DNA of 64,000 nt. Source: Eledone cirrhosa. Taxonomy: Eukaryota. Numbering within the stretch: the stretch's first letter is position 1; every line of letters begins with the position of its first letter. Positions 12,213-26,936 of the stretch are shown here, piece after piece. The stretch is from contig OZ024743.1 of NCBI GenBank assembly GCA_964016885.1, positions 251,534,001-251,598,000 of the forward strand, given 5' to 3'. The position numbers and the translations under genes were made by a program. The notes under the pieces are model-generated. The model had not been told where the DNA came from. It saw nothing but the letters and a program-made list of their open reading frames with translations, and searched no databases.

Positions 12213-13659
12213 TGTCGCGTGGAAATGGAAATTTCTTTGGAGTATTGTAACTAGTATCAATGTGTGTTTGTGTGAGCTTGCGTGTATGTGTAAATATTAT
12301 TTGCCTGGGTGTATATTTATATTATTAAGATGTTTGTATGTAGTATGAAACCAATTCTGCCTCTCCACACAGCCCCTCATTACACTATCCTGAATACCTT
12401 GTATTTATCACTATTTATATCACAGTCTATGAAGGACTGGTGTTACCCTTAAGGTTAACTTGTCCGCTGTGCTGGACACAAGTATTAGAGAAGTGCTTTA
12501 CTGAACATTAAAGAAATACAGTTTTATAAAAATTTGTATCATTCAATAAAATGTTTAATAATTTCCTGTGATCGAAAACCAAATTGTTAAACATCTTTGT
12601 GGAAATATCCAAAGCAATAGAGAGTGTTCTATGGTATTGTGACCTGTTACATGATATGGTGTAGGTGGGTGCGGACTGTGTGGTAGAAAATGCAAGCTTA
12701 GTAATTTTCTTAGTGTTATTATAACAAGAAGTATCAAAAACTAGGATCGGCCATTTGGCAACCAGTAAATTGAAATTATATTATTTGAAAGTAGGGGGTT
12801 CAGAATGGAGAGAAGTGTCGAAGAATTGGGTGCATAGTTGCGGAGAAGTATATACATATTGTAGGGCCAGCAAGAGCATTGAATATCCAGGTGCTGGACC
12901 TGAGTCCATGCCAACATTTCAAAATACTATCATTGCATACAAGTCTGTCATGTGAAAGCCACTTTGTTTGTCTTGTCTTACCATTCCTGTTGTGTTGGTG
13001 GTGATGGGAGTGATGGTGGTAGAGGTGATGGGGGTAATGGTAGTAGTGATATGGTGGTGGTAATGAGAGTGATGGTTATAGTGGTGATTGTGGTGGTGGT
13101 GATGGTGTTAGTGGTGTGGTGGGGATGGCAATGATGAGGGTAGTGTTGTGTTATCTTTGAAAGAATTCTTATATCTATTTTTATTTATTTCTATATTTGT
13201 TACATCACCCATCACTGCCACCGTCCAACACCACCACCACCATGACTAACATCACCCCCCATACTACCACCACCATCTCTAACATCAACACCAGACAACC
13301 ATCACACCACACCATACCACGCCCTCACTACACCACACCAACACCACAACACCATTGCCACTGCCATCAATAAACTATCATCACTATCCTTTACAAGATT
13401 TGAACTCAGAACATAGAAATGATAAGTGCTCTGGGAATGATTAAAACACACAGACAGATACATAACCAAAACCCCAGGACTTACAGATATATATAGCATA
13501 TATAAAATAGCACTACTAGACACTGCACACATATTGTGTAAACTACTCTCAACATAATAGAAACAAGACCACTAAAAAACCACACTGCACATACCCAAGA
13601 TGCACAAAGAAGTACTTGGTAGTGCAGTGATGACACACAATAAAAAATATGACAAATAA

Positions 13660-14192
13660 TTGTTTCTATTTGTAGGCACAAGGCCAGCAATTACTCAGTA
13701 CATTACTGGTACTTTATTTTATCGACCCCGTAAGGATGAAAGGCAAGGTTAACCTCGGCGGGATTTGAACTCGGATCATAAAGGGACGTAACTCTATGCT
13801 TCAAAGCATAGTGTCCGACTCTCTACCGATACTGCCAATCCACCGTGCCATCCCCACCACACCACTAACACCATCACCACCACCACAATCACCACTATAA
13901 ACATCACTCTCATCACCACCCATATTACCACCACCATATCCCTACTACCATGACCCCATCACCTCTACCACCCAAATAATGATTTCTACTTTAGGCACAA
14001 GGCCAGCAACTTGAAGGGAAGGGGAAAGTCGATTAAATTGACTCCAGTGCATTACTGGTGCTTATTTTATCCACCCTGTAAGGATGAAAGGGAAAGCTAA
14101 CCTTGGCAGGATTTGAACTCAGAATGTAAAGGGCCATAACTCTATGCTGCAAAGCATGGTGTCTGACTTTCTACCAATACTGCCAAACCACC
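13660..14192 (-). mobile_element. Two tandem tRNA-derived SINEs, family 2 (13660-13845 and 13980-14192; other copies ~18168-18330 +, ~33740-33900 -, ~43478-43690 +)
   Basis: Head GTGGATTGGCAG, B box GAGTTCAAATCC, body GAGGTTAACCTTGCCTTTCATCCTT..GGGGTCGATAAAATAAAGTACCAG, end GGCCTTGTGCCTA. Confidence 0.75.
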
Positions 14193-14667
14193 ATAATAAC
14201 AATAATATTAATATGTAATAAATAATTAAAATAACAATAATATTCAATGATAAGGCAATACAATACAATTTAAGTGTTTATCCTTCTTAAAATGAGGGTG
14301 GAAGAGCATCTTGTCTCATTGTTTACAAGAACAAAATACAAGGCCATGCTTAAGTAGCGCTAAAATGCATGTCTTCTGCATGAAGTGAGATAATATAAAG
14401 TAAACAGACAAATATGTAGATAAACAAATACAAGAGTAAATAAATAGATAAATAAATAAAATGAATAAGCAGATAAATAAGTAAAGGGTCTGAAGTGAAT
14501 GAAGAGCGATGTAATTCCCTGAAAATGTAGTGGGGGAAAAGGCAGCCTTCCACAAAATGGAGTCAGCATTAGGGAATCAATCCCCGCCCCCTATTTTTAA
14601 CACAAACATGATGATTTTGTTTTTAAAAAGGAATAAAGAAACGAAACAAAAATATTTACAAAACACA

Positions 14668-14672
14668 CATGC

Positions 14673-14704
<32 letters not shown>

Positions 14705-14722
14705 ATATATATATATATATAC

Positions 14723-14754
<32 letters not shown>

Positions 14755-14802
14755 TCATATGTACATACATATATACATATATATATATGCATATATATAT
14801 AT

Positions 14803-14844
<42 letters not shown>

Positions 14845-14846
14845 GC

Positions 14847-14896
<50 letters not shown>

Positions 14897-14898
14897 GC

Positions 14899-14952
<54 letters not shown>

Positions 14953-15111
14953 GCACATACATACATATATATATATACTATATTATATGTATGTATGTAT
15001 GTATAATGGAGAGAAAGCTCTCTGATGTTTGTATGGCCTGTTTGGTCTGTGTTCCAAGTTGACATTGTGTGTGCGTGTGTTTTATTTCAAGCCCTAATAA
15101 CTTAGATTGTA

Positions 15112-15167
<56 letters not shown>

Positions 15168-15200
15168 TATATACACATTTATATATATATATATGTGTTT
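14668..15200. repeat. Compound (TA)n/(TACA)n microsatellite
   Basis: Directly visible; source of the YI-repeat ORFs. Confidence 0.95.
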
Positions 15201-15478
15201 ACGTTTGTTTTATTTCAAACCCTATTAATTCAGATTGTATATATATTTTATGTGTGTGTTTGTTTTAACCCCTAATAACTCAGATTCTATCAAGAGCGAA
15301 AGGATTTTCTCCAAATTTACTGAAATGTTTTCATAAGAAGCTTTAACGGTGGTGATACAAACAAGGCTTTCTCTCTCTGTCTCTCTCTCTCTCTCTAAGC
15401 GCTACCCTCCAGAGATTAAAGGAATTTGGAAGCAAGTCTTTACTATGGTGATCACGATCAGGATCACGTTGTCTAAGC

Positions 15479-15524
<46 letters not shown>

Positions 15525-16939
15525 ACTTGCTAGAAGACAAACTGATTGAAGAAAAATCATGGAGGCAGGAAAAACACTGCATCTACCGATTTGGTTCCAG
15601 TTAATGGCTCTGGCAAACAAGAAGCTATTTGGAGGGGAAGGTTTGTCAAACAGGTTTATAAATTTATTATTATTGTTGTTGTTATTATTATTATTATCAT
15701 TATAGAGTCCTCAAGTGTGAAGGAATGTTAAAGGGTGTTAAAGGATTGCAGTGAAGTGAATATGTCTGATTATTAAAACGAGCTTTCGCTTCTATTCTCC
15801 TGAACTCTTGTTGGCTTTCATCCATTCTCAAACATCAATACATTAAATTTTTTATTTCTTTTTGACATATGTGTGCATGTCTGTGTGTTTGAGTGTGTGC
15901 ATGTATGTGAATGTGTGTGCGTGCATGTTTTTGTATGTTTGTGAGTGTGTATGTTAATATGCATATGTTTGTGTGTATGTGTATGTGTGTTTGTACATAG
16001 GAGTGAGTATGTGTATATGTCTGTGTGTATGTGTTCGTTTGTAATTTCCAAAGGCTGAAGATGCGACACAGAACATAAAATGTGGATGTGTTCTCTCTTT
16101 GACTTTCTATCTATGCCAATGACCATCCAATAGTATGTAGTATGTATATATCAGCTTAAGTGCCTATTTCTGGTGGAGGGACTTCAGTGATATTTTGATC
16201 TGGAAGGCTTTCCTGGGGTAAATCTAAATTTTGATAAGTCCAACTATGCCAGACAGGCTGAAAGGTAGGAGCCAGATTTAAACTTTAATCAGTAAAGGAC
16301 TAAAATCAACGACAAAAAAAAAAACAAAAAAAACACATGGAGAGACATGTGTCATAAGTGGATGAAGTTAAGTCAACTATGATTCATACTAGATGTTGAG
16401 CAGAAGAATGGCATGTCAATGGTCAGGATCAAAAGATTTCATGAATTGAAGGACAGCAGCATGCATTGTTGAGTAGCACCACATGCATGTATCAATGTGC
16501 AATTGAAAGTTAAAACCTCTTAGAATAACTACTACTGAATGGGTGAGAAGAAGGTTGAGAGTTGGGGGAACTGATATGGAAATGAAATGTAATAATTTCT
16601 AAATTTAAATGATCGGAAGGTCAAGCAATGCGTATAAAATCAAGCATAGTGTTTTATTCATAGATGTGTCAGTTCTGTCACTAACCTTGGAAAGAAAAGA
16701 TCTACCAAGTTTGATCAGGCATAGGCTTTGGTTGCTGTTGGAGGTTGAATGAATAGATTGTGAGTGTTGTGGTATGTTTTCTTTTTCCTCTCAAAGGTTT
16801 AGGATTCAGGGTTTCTTTTTCCTCTTTGGGTTTTCTTTTTCCTCTCCAAGGTTTGGAAATTGTAGAAAGTTTTTGCCGTTGAATGGCATTCAGATAGATT
16901 TTGGTTGTGTTGGGTGGCCAGGATCTCTTGAAAGTCATC

Positions 16940-17910
16940 TAAACAATGGCAATCAGGAGTGATAATTCCAATTTTCAAAAAGGGAGACAAGAAAGATTGC
17001 TCCAATTATAAAGGGATCCCTTTGTTAAGCCTCCCCGGTAAAGTCTATGCTAAGTGTCTGGCAAAGAGATGTAGGGAGATTGTCTAGTCCAAACTAACTG
17101 ATCGTTTTTGCCCCAGATGCAGGACAGCCAGCCAAATATTTACTCTGTGGCAGGTCTTTAACAAATCGTCATAGTATTGCCAAGAAGTGCATTCTTGCTT
17201 TGTAGACCTCAAAAAGGTATGTCCTTGTTCCACGGGACCTGCTGTGGAAGGTTCTACAGAAATATGGGATCGATGATCAGCTTCTTGCTGTCCTGATGTC
17301 TTTATATGAATGGCTGAGTATTTGTATTCAGATAAATGGTGCTAAATTGAAACCATTCATTGTGAAAGTTGGACTCCACCAAGGGTGTGTACTGTCACCT
17401 CTCCTGTTCATTAATTTCATGAACAGAATTGACATGGGTAGCCAGGCTAGAAGTGATATCATGACTGGCGAATGTAGAATCAGTTGGCTGGAATTTGCAG
17501 ATGCCATGGTATTACTTAACTTAACTGAAGGTGATATCTGACTTGCCCTTGATAGGTTTGATGTTGAGTGCTCCATGGCTGGAATGAAAATCAGTGTTGC
17601 AAAAACAAAGATACTCATCCTCTCACCGAAGTCTGTGTAGTGCACTCTACATGTGAATGGTATTCCACTGAAGCAGGTGGAGAAGTTCAAGTACTCGAGG
17701 CTGTGTTCATGAGTGATGGAAGGCAGGAGGCTGAATTAAGTGCAAGAATTGCCAGAAATGGTGCAGTAATGTGCCAGCTTCAGTGTTTGGTAATCAGAAG
17801 AATGGAGATAGGTATGAAATCCAAACTTGCTATCTTCAATATGGTATTCGTGCCTACCCTAAATTATGGTCATGATTCTCAGGTAATGACTGAAAGAATA
17901 TGAAACCACC
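16940..17910 (+). mobile_element. Degenerate RTE-clade LINE RT fragment (second family)
   Basis: Translations PIFKKGD..CSNYKGIPLLSLPGKVYAK, GLHQGCVLSPLLF, LEFADAM, VEKFKYL and PTLNYGHDS, with several stops and frameshifts. Confidence 0.85.
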
Positions 17911-18724
17911 TGACACCACCTTATGGTTTTATGATAGAAAACTGTTTATTGCAAAGTGTTTATAATTTTATGTAGAACCTTTGTTAAGTTATATTCCAAT
18001 GCCAATTGAATAATGAGGAAGTTATATTAAATTCCTGCGAATTCTTGATTATTTTCAAAATTATTTGAAAATCCTAGGCATTGATTTTCATTAGAAATAT
18101 CGTAATGAAAGGTTTAACGATGAGAGATGGAGGTGAGGTTTCTGTTTAGTTCAAGTCATAAGAACAATGGTGAATTGGCAAAGTTGTTAGAGCATTGGAT
18201 AGAATGTATTGCAAGTTTTGTTCTGGCTCTCTGCTCTCTGAGTTCAAATCCCACTGTTGTTAACTTTGCCTTTCATCATTTTGAGGTTGATAAAAAGTAC
18301 AAGTGTAGTACTGGGGTTGATTCTTACTCTCACTTTCTCTCTCCTTCTTTGGAAGAAATGTTCTGAGTTCAGAACTATAGAGGAGATGGGATACACCAAG
18401 CTTAAAAAGGCACAAGGAATGTTCTGTGTTAATATAGTACATCTACAACTTCATCCGGAGTTCCATAAGAGCAACACACAATGTCACACGCAAGAGTACA
18501 ACTAGCCCTAGAAGAAGAAATGATATTGATCAGGGATAGTGATATGGATTCGATTCAACTTTTAAAGATATTTTTCTCTCTTTACCTTACATATATCATT
18601 GTATCTTATTGCCAGTTACCAATATAGAAATTATTATTATTAAGTTTTGAGCAATAATTAGAAAGCATTCTCTTCTTTTTCCTCGCTTCCTATTCCTCCT
18701 TCTCCTTCTACTTCTCCTTCTCCC

Positions 18725-19045
18725 ACTTATTCCTGATAGGGTCGTCGTGGCAGAGTCCTCAAACACTCCTTCCAGCGGGTCCTGTCAGAAGCAACCATCT
18801 TCCACTGATCCGGCTGGATCCCCTAGCAAGACCAGCCAAGCTCGTGGGTGTTATCCAGCCATCTTGCTCAGGATCTAGCCCTGGGTCTTCTTTCAGTTGG
18901 TTTTGCCCTTAAAATCTGGCCAATGATTAATTCCTGAGACATTCTAAATACATGCCCATAGTATCGGAGCTGTGATCTCTCACTTCAGAGAAGCAACTTC
19001 TGTACATGAAGTGACACTCTGATCCCTGATCTACACACACTATCA
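18725..19045 (-). mobile_element. LINE (RTE-like) 3'-end fragment; related copy at ~43110-43285 (+)
   Basis: Minus-strand translation LRYYGHVFRM...RPR..W; the GTTGCTTCTGACAGGACC.GCTGGAAG segment is shared with the 43.2-kb copy. Confidence 0.65.
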
Positions 19046-19248
19046 ATTGGCATTGGAATATACATTAATAAAGGTTCTACATAAAATTATAAACACTTTG
19101 AAATAAACAGTTTTCGATCATAAAACCCTGGGGTGGTGTCAGATGGTTTGGTATGAAAATAGTTAAGACAGTGTTTGGAACATAATTTAAAGGTTCTTAC
19201 GTAAAAATCATAATTGAAGGGTTTTAGGTAAATATAAACGCTTTAAAA

Positions 19249-21907
19249 TACACTCGCGTATAGGTCGCATACCCACTTTTTATTTAACAAATAGGCTATT
19301 TGCCATTGACGCGCAGATAGGTCGCACTGAAATTTGGGCTGTCAAACTACTATTTTTTATGATAATTGAAACTAATAATCCGTTAGCTTTCCATTACTTC
19401 GCCGTTGCGATATATACTCCAAACCATGTTTTATTTATAAAATAAACATTAACGTCATCGAAATCTTGTCAATACTAGATTACTGCGTGATAAAGTCTTT
19501 AAGCGCGAAAATTAACTCTTAATATAGTGAAACAACTTGAAATAACACGTGTTTTTTAACGTCGAAAGTGTAACAGATTTTTTGCGTATCAACATGGCTT
19601 CCGAAAGTAGCGAATACCGACTTTGAAGGTTTTACATGCGACGACATTCGAAATGAAAAAGAAACACAAGATAATATTAGTGATTTATCTTCAAATGAAT
19701 CAGACGTATTTATTTCTGACGATGTTAGTTACTTTGAAAGTGAAAGCGATGATCTGACGGACACCATTGACAATATTACAGCAACGTGGTTGAAAGATAC
19801 AACACCAATTCATGTTCACACCTGTTAATGAACTTATATATTGGGAACATTCTGTTATGTATATTTACACCCTACATTGTGTAAGAGTACATTGCAAATA
19901 TTATTTTGACTGGTGAAAAGGTTTTATACATTTTTTTCAATGAAAATATTTGCCTGGAATGTAGAGAAAGACTGATTATATCTGCATTTTTAATTAATTC
20001 ACCTGTTCGGAAAACTGCTAGAATTGATGGAAGTCAACATCTAGGTCATTATTGAATTTTTTTGCAACAAATCTAAGAAGTAAGGCAGATAAAGTTTAAA
20101 TTTTTGTGTTTATCCATAAAGTTATTACTTTTACACCTGCTAATTAATAGTATTTCATTTCTTCATCTGTAACTGTGCATTCGTTATAATAGTCATTCAA
20201 TTCATCTTCACATTCTTCAATATCATCTCCCTCATCACTCTCTGCATTTTCTGTCTTTTCACCAACTAAATCCTCATATAACACATCATCTTCAGTCCCG
20301 TCCATCACATTTGATATGCCACATTTTTTGAAAGCCTTCATTATTAGCTCTTCAGGGATACTTTCCCAAGCCTCCTTCACCCACTCCACCACTAATCTCA
20401 AGCCAGGTCTTTTCAATGATCCACCTTTGGTAATTTCTTTTTCACCTGATATCATCCAAGAAGTCCAGAGTTTACGGATATAAGTTTTGAAGGGCTTATT
20501 TACTGCCACATCAAGGGGTTGTAAGACTGAGGTGCAACCACCAAGCATCACTGCTTATCTTGTTTTACAATCCTTCAGCTTAGACTTTACAGACTCACAG
20601 CAGTGAGATCGAAACATATCCCAAACTAGCAAACTTCGTGGCTTCAGTAATGCCCCTGGCCTTTTCATCCACACTTCATCAAGCCATAACTTTGTTAAGT
20701 TCTCGTCCATCAAACCCTTCGGATGTACCTTCACAATCACATCACTTGGAAAATTCTCTTTTGGCATAATTTTCCTTTTGAAAATAACCATAGGGCGAAG
20801 TTTTTTTCCATCAGCCTGGCATGCTAGAATAACAGTAAAATGTTGTTTTTCATGACCTGTGGTTTTGACTGTAACAGTGTTGTACCTACACTATCCACAG
20901 TTGTGTTGCCTGGCATGTCAAAGTACATGGGTGTTTCTTCCATGTTAGCTATATTCTCCATGGCAAAATCAAACATTTTTCTTTCCTTTAACACAAATTT
21001 TGCAAAATTGTGTACTTTGTCATCTTTTGGCAGCTTTTGTGCAATATGTGTCTTTTGGCGAAGAGTCAGTCCAAATCTATTCATAAACCGGGTGCACCAC
21101 CATGCTGACGATTTAAATTGGGATAAGTGGTACTTTGGTGCAAGTTGAAGGGCTTTCGTTCTTATAGAAAGTCTTGTAACAATGTGTCCATTTTCCCTGA
21201 TATCTAAAACGCAAATAATTTAGCTCTTTTTCAAGATCTTGATATGGTGATACTCCAAACCTTGCTGCTCTCTTTGATTTAGGCATTTCTCCCAGATTGT
21301 CTTTTTGTTTCCTCCAATCTCTCACCACCTTTTCTGACACTCCAAACTCCCTTTCTGCTGATCTATTTCCAAATTCTTCTGCATAACCAACCACCTTTAA
21401 CTTGAAAACTGTTTGATAACTTTTTCTCTTACCAGAATTCATATTTTTCAGTGAATTATGAAAAGAATTTCAACTATCAACTTTTCTCACTTGCTAATTT
21501 TGAAAAGAAACGCCACATGCAATAATCTGTTTCCTGTTAAAGTAAATAAGTCACAATACGTGTTCATAGCAACGCTAAGGCAATGAAATCACATTTTAAA
21601 TACCGGGTATGCATTTCTATGGATTTTAATGATGGATGGTTCGGTCAGATAGAAAAAAACGTAAACACTACGAAGTTTTAGTAACAAATTTAAAATCAAG
21701 AAATATATGTATAAGAAGGTAGATATATGAAATTATTATGTTAAATAATAAAAAATATTAACAAAGTTATTTTTATAAATACCCATCGTTGATTAAGTCT
21801 ATGAAAAATCATTGGTCAGTCTGATGTTGATCGGATAGGTCGCACCCCAAAAATTTATACTTATTTATCGTTAAAAAAGTGCGACCTATACATTAGTATA
21901 TACGGTA
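19249..21907 (-). mobile_element. pogo-superfamily DNA transposon (POGK/Passer-like), decayed
   Basis: Right end TGCGACCTATACATTAGTATATACGG-TA; left end TACACTCGCGTATAGGTCGCA, with its outermost bases missing. Subterminal ATAGGTCGCA motif at ~19260, 19317, 21835 and 21890. Confidence 0.85.
20144..21442 (-). pseudogene. pogo transposase (Brinker-type DBD, HTH, DDE_1), frameshifted
   Basis: KRKSYQTVFKLKVV..AE..GNRSAEREFGV...VRDWRKQ; RFGLTLRQKTHIAQKLP; NMEETPMYFDM; LLVWDMFRSH; GGCTSVLQPLDVAVNKPFK; split over four ORFs. Confidence 0.92.
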
Positions 21908-23109
21908 TCATAGAACCGATGGTGGTTTCAGGGAGTTTGGTATCAACAGATTTAAGACAGTGTTTGGAACATAATTAAAAGATTCTTATATAAAATTGTA
22001 ATGGAAGTTTTATATATAAATATAAACACTTTAACATAAACAGCTTAGTTCTTATAACGAGGAGTGGTTTCAGGAGGTTTTGTATCAAAAGAGCTAAGAT
22101 TTTATTTTGAATGTAATTTAATAAAGTTTCTTACATAAAATTATAATTCAAGGTTTATACATTGCAGTGTATATATCAGTCTTTAGAATATCCTGTATCC
22201 CTGCATGTTGTAAGAGATGACTAAAAAGATTGGCATCTGGGAGGGCACCTGGCTGAAAACATTGTCTCAAAACATTATGTCCAACCCATACCTGTATGGA
22301 AAAGTAGATGTAAAAACGATGATGATAAACGCTTTAAAATAAACAGCTTTGTGTCATAGAACCAGGGATGGTTTCAGGTTGTTATCTATAAAAACAGCTC
22401 AGATGATATTTAGAACAGAACTCAACAAAAGTTATCACACAAAATTATAGTAAAAGATTTATATATTATATATCAAAACTTTAAAATACACATCGAACCA
22501 GGGGCAGTTTCAGACAATTTGGAATCAAAAGAGCTAAATATATATATAATATGACATCTGACTTCATCTCAATATTTTATCACGAGTTAATTACAGTTAA
22601 TTACTGCTGATGATGTTATATATATATCATAATTAATTATATTATAGATATGTACTAAGATTAATAGCTTTAACCATACAATTCATAGATCAATCAACTT
22701 TGTATTTGGTTTCAAGTAAAAGGCCATCAAGTTTCTGGCAAAATAATTTTCTGATACTTTGTGATAAGAGCCTAGAGAAAAGCATGAAATTTATAAATAC
22801 TTTTTGTTGTTCATTAATATGTTACGCTCCACACTTACATGGAGACAACAATATTGACTCCCTAGGGAGGCGGGGTAGACATGTAGATATATATTTCTTT
22901 CTATCTCTCTAAAATGAAGGAAATTATTGATAGATGTAAGCATGGTTGTGTGTATGGCAAATCTTTTAGGCTGATCAACATGTTATGAGTGACATTTGGT
23001 AGACAGAAACTATATGGAAACCTGTTGTACATATTTCTGTATGTATGTGAGTATGTGTGTGTATGTATATATGTGTGTGTGTGCATATAACAATGAAAAA
23101 AGTCAGAAG

Positions 23110-23305
23110 TAGGGAGTTAATTAGTTCATGGTGCAACATCGCACTTCACACACAGGTAGCATATTGTTGTCCTTTCGTTTGTAGGGAGAAACATTTTGTG
23201 GTCAACAGAGAGAGTAGCTTCCTAAACTTCTTCCATCCTGTTCTTATTCTAGCTACTATGCTTTCAGAGCACCTTATTCCACTGCTAATTAGTTCACCTA
23301 GGTGA
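23110..23305 (-). mobile_element. RTE LINE internal fragment
   Basis: Translation LG..ISSG..CSESIVARIRTGWKKFRKLL is homologous to the RTE at 30545-30720. Confidence 0.8.
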
Positions 23306-23455
23306 TGTTGACCAATTCAAGAATGATTACACAATACCAAAGTAGAGTTTCATAATATTCTTTATTATGGCTAAATGATGAGTCTTGTTACTTTGCAGAA
23401 TTATTAGATGTTTTTGTGAATACACAGGTGAAACTCTAGAGTAACAAGATATTAA

Positions 23456-23494
<39 letters not shown>

Positions 23495-24363
23495 CCTTTG
23501 CATGTGTATTGGATGTGTGTGAATATGTTTGTGTGGAAGAATGTCTGTGTTGGTGTAAAATAGTGATTCCTTGGATGTTCTAGTTTGACTTGAAAGAAAA
23601 TATTTTTAAAAATTAAAGAAAATTTATAATTCAACAACAACCAGAAAAAACAACATAACCACCACCACCAAACACACACACACATACACACAAAAAGAAA
23701 GAAATTAAATCTTACAAGAAACAGAAAACATTTTCAAGACACTTTCTTTGTGAAAATTATTTCATTATTTTTCATTATTTTTATTAAAATTTCCTTGTTT
23801 GTTTATTGAAAGAATTTGAAAAGTAGGGGCTTCAATCCTAAGTTGAAGTTCAAAGGGTTTTTTAAAGATTTCAATCTTCACTGGAGGTGGAAGGAGTGAG
23901 TGAGGGAGTTTATTAATAGCAGACATTGTTCTGAAGGAAATGGTGAAGTGGAAACTGGAATTACACCAGTTTACACTTCATTCAATTGTAGTTTCTCTTT
24001 TTGGAAGTTTTGTCTTTATTTTTATTTCATTTTATTTATGATATTTTTTTGTTTTTGTTCTTTTGTTTTAGTTTTGGTTTTCTTTAATTGCATCAGTTAA
24101 GATTTCTCTCTCTCTCTTTGTTAATATCTCTCCTATCTCACTATCCATAGCTCTGTCTATATCTCTTCATCTATTTTTCTCTATACCTATTTCTTTCTCC
24201 CTCACTCCCTCTCCCCACCCCCTCTCTCTCTCTGTCCATATCTCTATACATATATATATCTTTGTCTTTCTCTGTTTCTTTATCTAATCCCCTATATCCC
24301 ATTCTTTCATTGCCTATCACTTTCTCTTTGTTTATTTCTCCTGGTCTGTCTACCCCCCCACCC

Positions 24364-24441
<78 letters not shown>

Positions 24442-26122
24442 GCATTTACTCTCCCCCTTATTATTACCTCCTGTCTTTGTCTTCTCTCTCTTTCATTAGC
24501 ACTACTAGCTCTTAATCTCCCCTTCTCCCTCCCACCTCTCTCCAATTCTCTCTCCATGTTACTTAATGAAAGAAGCTGTAAACCCTAATAATTCCAATCT
24601 GCCAACCCACCTCCAATGAAGTGTAAAGGAAGGGGTGGGTGGGTGTAGTATTGATCCCTATCTTTGTGAATTATGGGAGCTTATTAAGGAACAAACAAGG
24701 AATGGTATAACACACCAAAGATGGAATGGTTCTGTGAAGAGAATTAGTGGAGGATACATCCATATATGTGTGAGTTCATATGTCAGGTAAATGTGTGTTT
24801 GATGGAAGTGTTTATGAATGTGTGTGTGAAAAATGTATGTATGTGTTTGTGTAGGTGTACATTTAATGAAAGTATGTGGGTATGCATATATGTGTGTATG
24901 TATGTATGTATGTGTTTGTGTAAGCATGCGTTTGATAAAAGTGTGTCTGTGAGGGAATAGTATGAGTGTATATAAGTGTGTGTCAGAGATGTGTGTGTGT
25001 CTATGTATGTGTGTGTCTTTAAGAATTATAAGAGATTATTGAAGAACTGTTAAGGAATGGTAAAAGACACCAAAGATGGAACAATTATGTGAATTAATGT
25101 GTGAAGAATTTTTGAATATCTTGCTTTGATTGACTTGTCTGTGAATTAGAGTAGGGTGTGTGTATGTGTGTGTGTATGTGTATCCCCGAGGGAGTGAGTG
25201 TACATGTGTGAATGAGTGAGTGTGTGTATGTGCATGTATCTATGATTGTGTGAATAAGGGAAGTGTGTGTATGTATGTGTTGATATGAGGGGTATGTGTG
25301 TGTGTGTGTTGGTATGAGGGAAGTGGGTATGTGAGGAGCATGCTAGAATGTAAATGTAAGTCTTTGATAACAATGACAGTCATGATGTTGACTATGATGA
25401 TGACTGTTGGTGGTTGCGATGATGATGATAGTGATGAGTATGTTGGTGGCTGCGATGATGATGATGTTACATCACAATATCCTGTTTCTTTCCTATGAAT
25501 TTATAGAAAGACATTTAACACATTGTGCAACAAACATTGTTTTAACAAAAGTCACTTTTCAACACAATATTAAATTCATGAAGAATTTGAGGTCTTTTGT
25601 AGGTCTTGTGAAATTTGGGTCTATACCGAGAGTTTTGCTACTCCAGGGCATTGTGACCAATGAATGTAAGTCTCCCTTTTCCTCTGCCACTGATGCTTTT
25701 CCAAGAGAAAGTAAAGAGCTCATACTGCTCAAGACATGTCATCATGTGTTGCTGTCAGAATACAAACATCTAGAAGGAGATACTGCATTTTATCTAACAA
25801 CACATATTTAAATTCTACTTTGGTATTGAGTTCTCTTTTCTCTCAGCCTTCAACAGCATAACGGATATATATTTATATATATGTGTGTGTGTGTGTATGT
25901 ACATTGTTATATTTGGGGATAGTCATGTCGCCTATATTGCAAATAGAAAGAAACATGCACCATATCATTTTCACTTTATCATTATTGTTTGTTATTCCCC
26001 TTTTTGTTTATCAAAGTTCTTTCATCACACATTCTGTGGCAACATGAACATCTCCAAATATGATATCAGATTCAGCACACGATTCCACATCAAGAATCTT
26101 GCAGAACAAATATATATATATA

Positions 26123-26455
26123 TCATCATCATCATCATCATCAACGTTTAACGTCCGTGTTCCACGCTTGCATGGGTTTGGACGGGGGTTTTCCCACTTG
26201 AGGCAAGAGTGATTATCTTGCTCGCATAGGACTATCTGGCAGGGTTTTCTACAGCTGGATGCCCTTCCTAACACCAACCACATTTACAGTGTGGGGCTGG
26301 GAGGTTTTTACCGTGTTGCCTACACGGCCACATTACAGTGTGAACTGTGTGTTTTTTTACGTGACACCTACACGATCTCATTTGTTTCGGCCTGGATGTT
26401 GTGGCACCAACATAACTTTACATTGAAAGGGGCGGTGTGGATGGGGTGGGGGTGG
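26123..26455 (-). mobile_element. RTE LINE 3'-UTR fragment with (GAT)n tail
   Basis: Near-identical reverse complement of 31165-31490; (TA)n on both sides. Confidence 0.9.
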
Positions 26456-26529
26456 TATATATATATATATTTATATATATGAGAGTGTTGAAGTTTGCTT
26501 GCCAAAACGACCATTTTATATATATATAG

Positions 26530-26936
<407 letters not shown>

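Larger units (their letters stand above)
19055..22540. repeat. Degenerate ~125-bp tandem repeat interrupted by the pogo element and an RTE-type tail (22165-22325)
   Basis: The block TAAAC.CTTTAAAATAAACAG...CATAGAACC.GGG.TGGTTTCAG...TTTGG.ATCAAAAGAGCTAAGA recurs at 19090-19250 and 21908-22540. Confidence 0.7.

Noticed and set aside
14530-15275. YI/VC/HT-repeat ORFs here and at 26.7, 32.7, 37.6-40.4 and 60.6 kb
   Set aside because: Translations of (TA)n, (TG)n and (TATG)n microsatellites.
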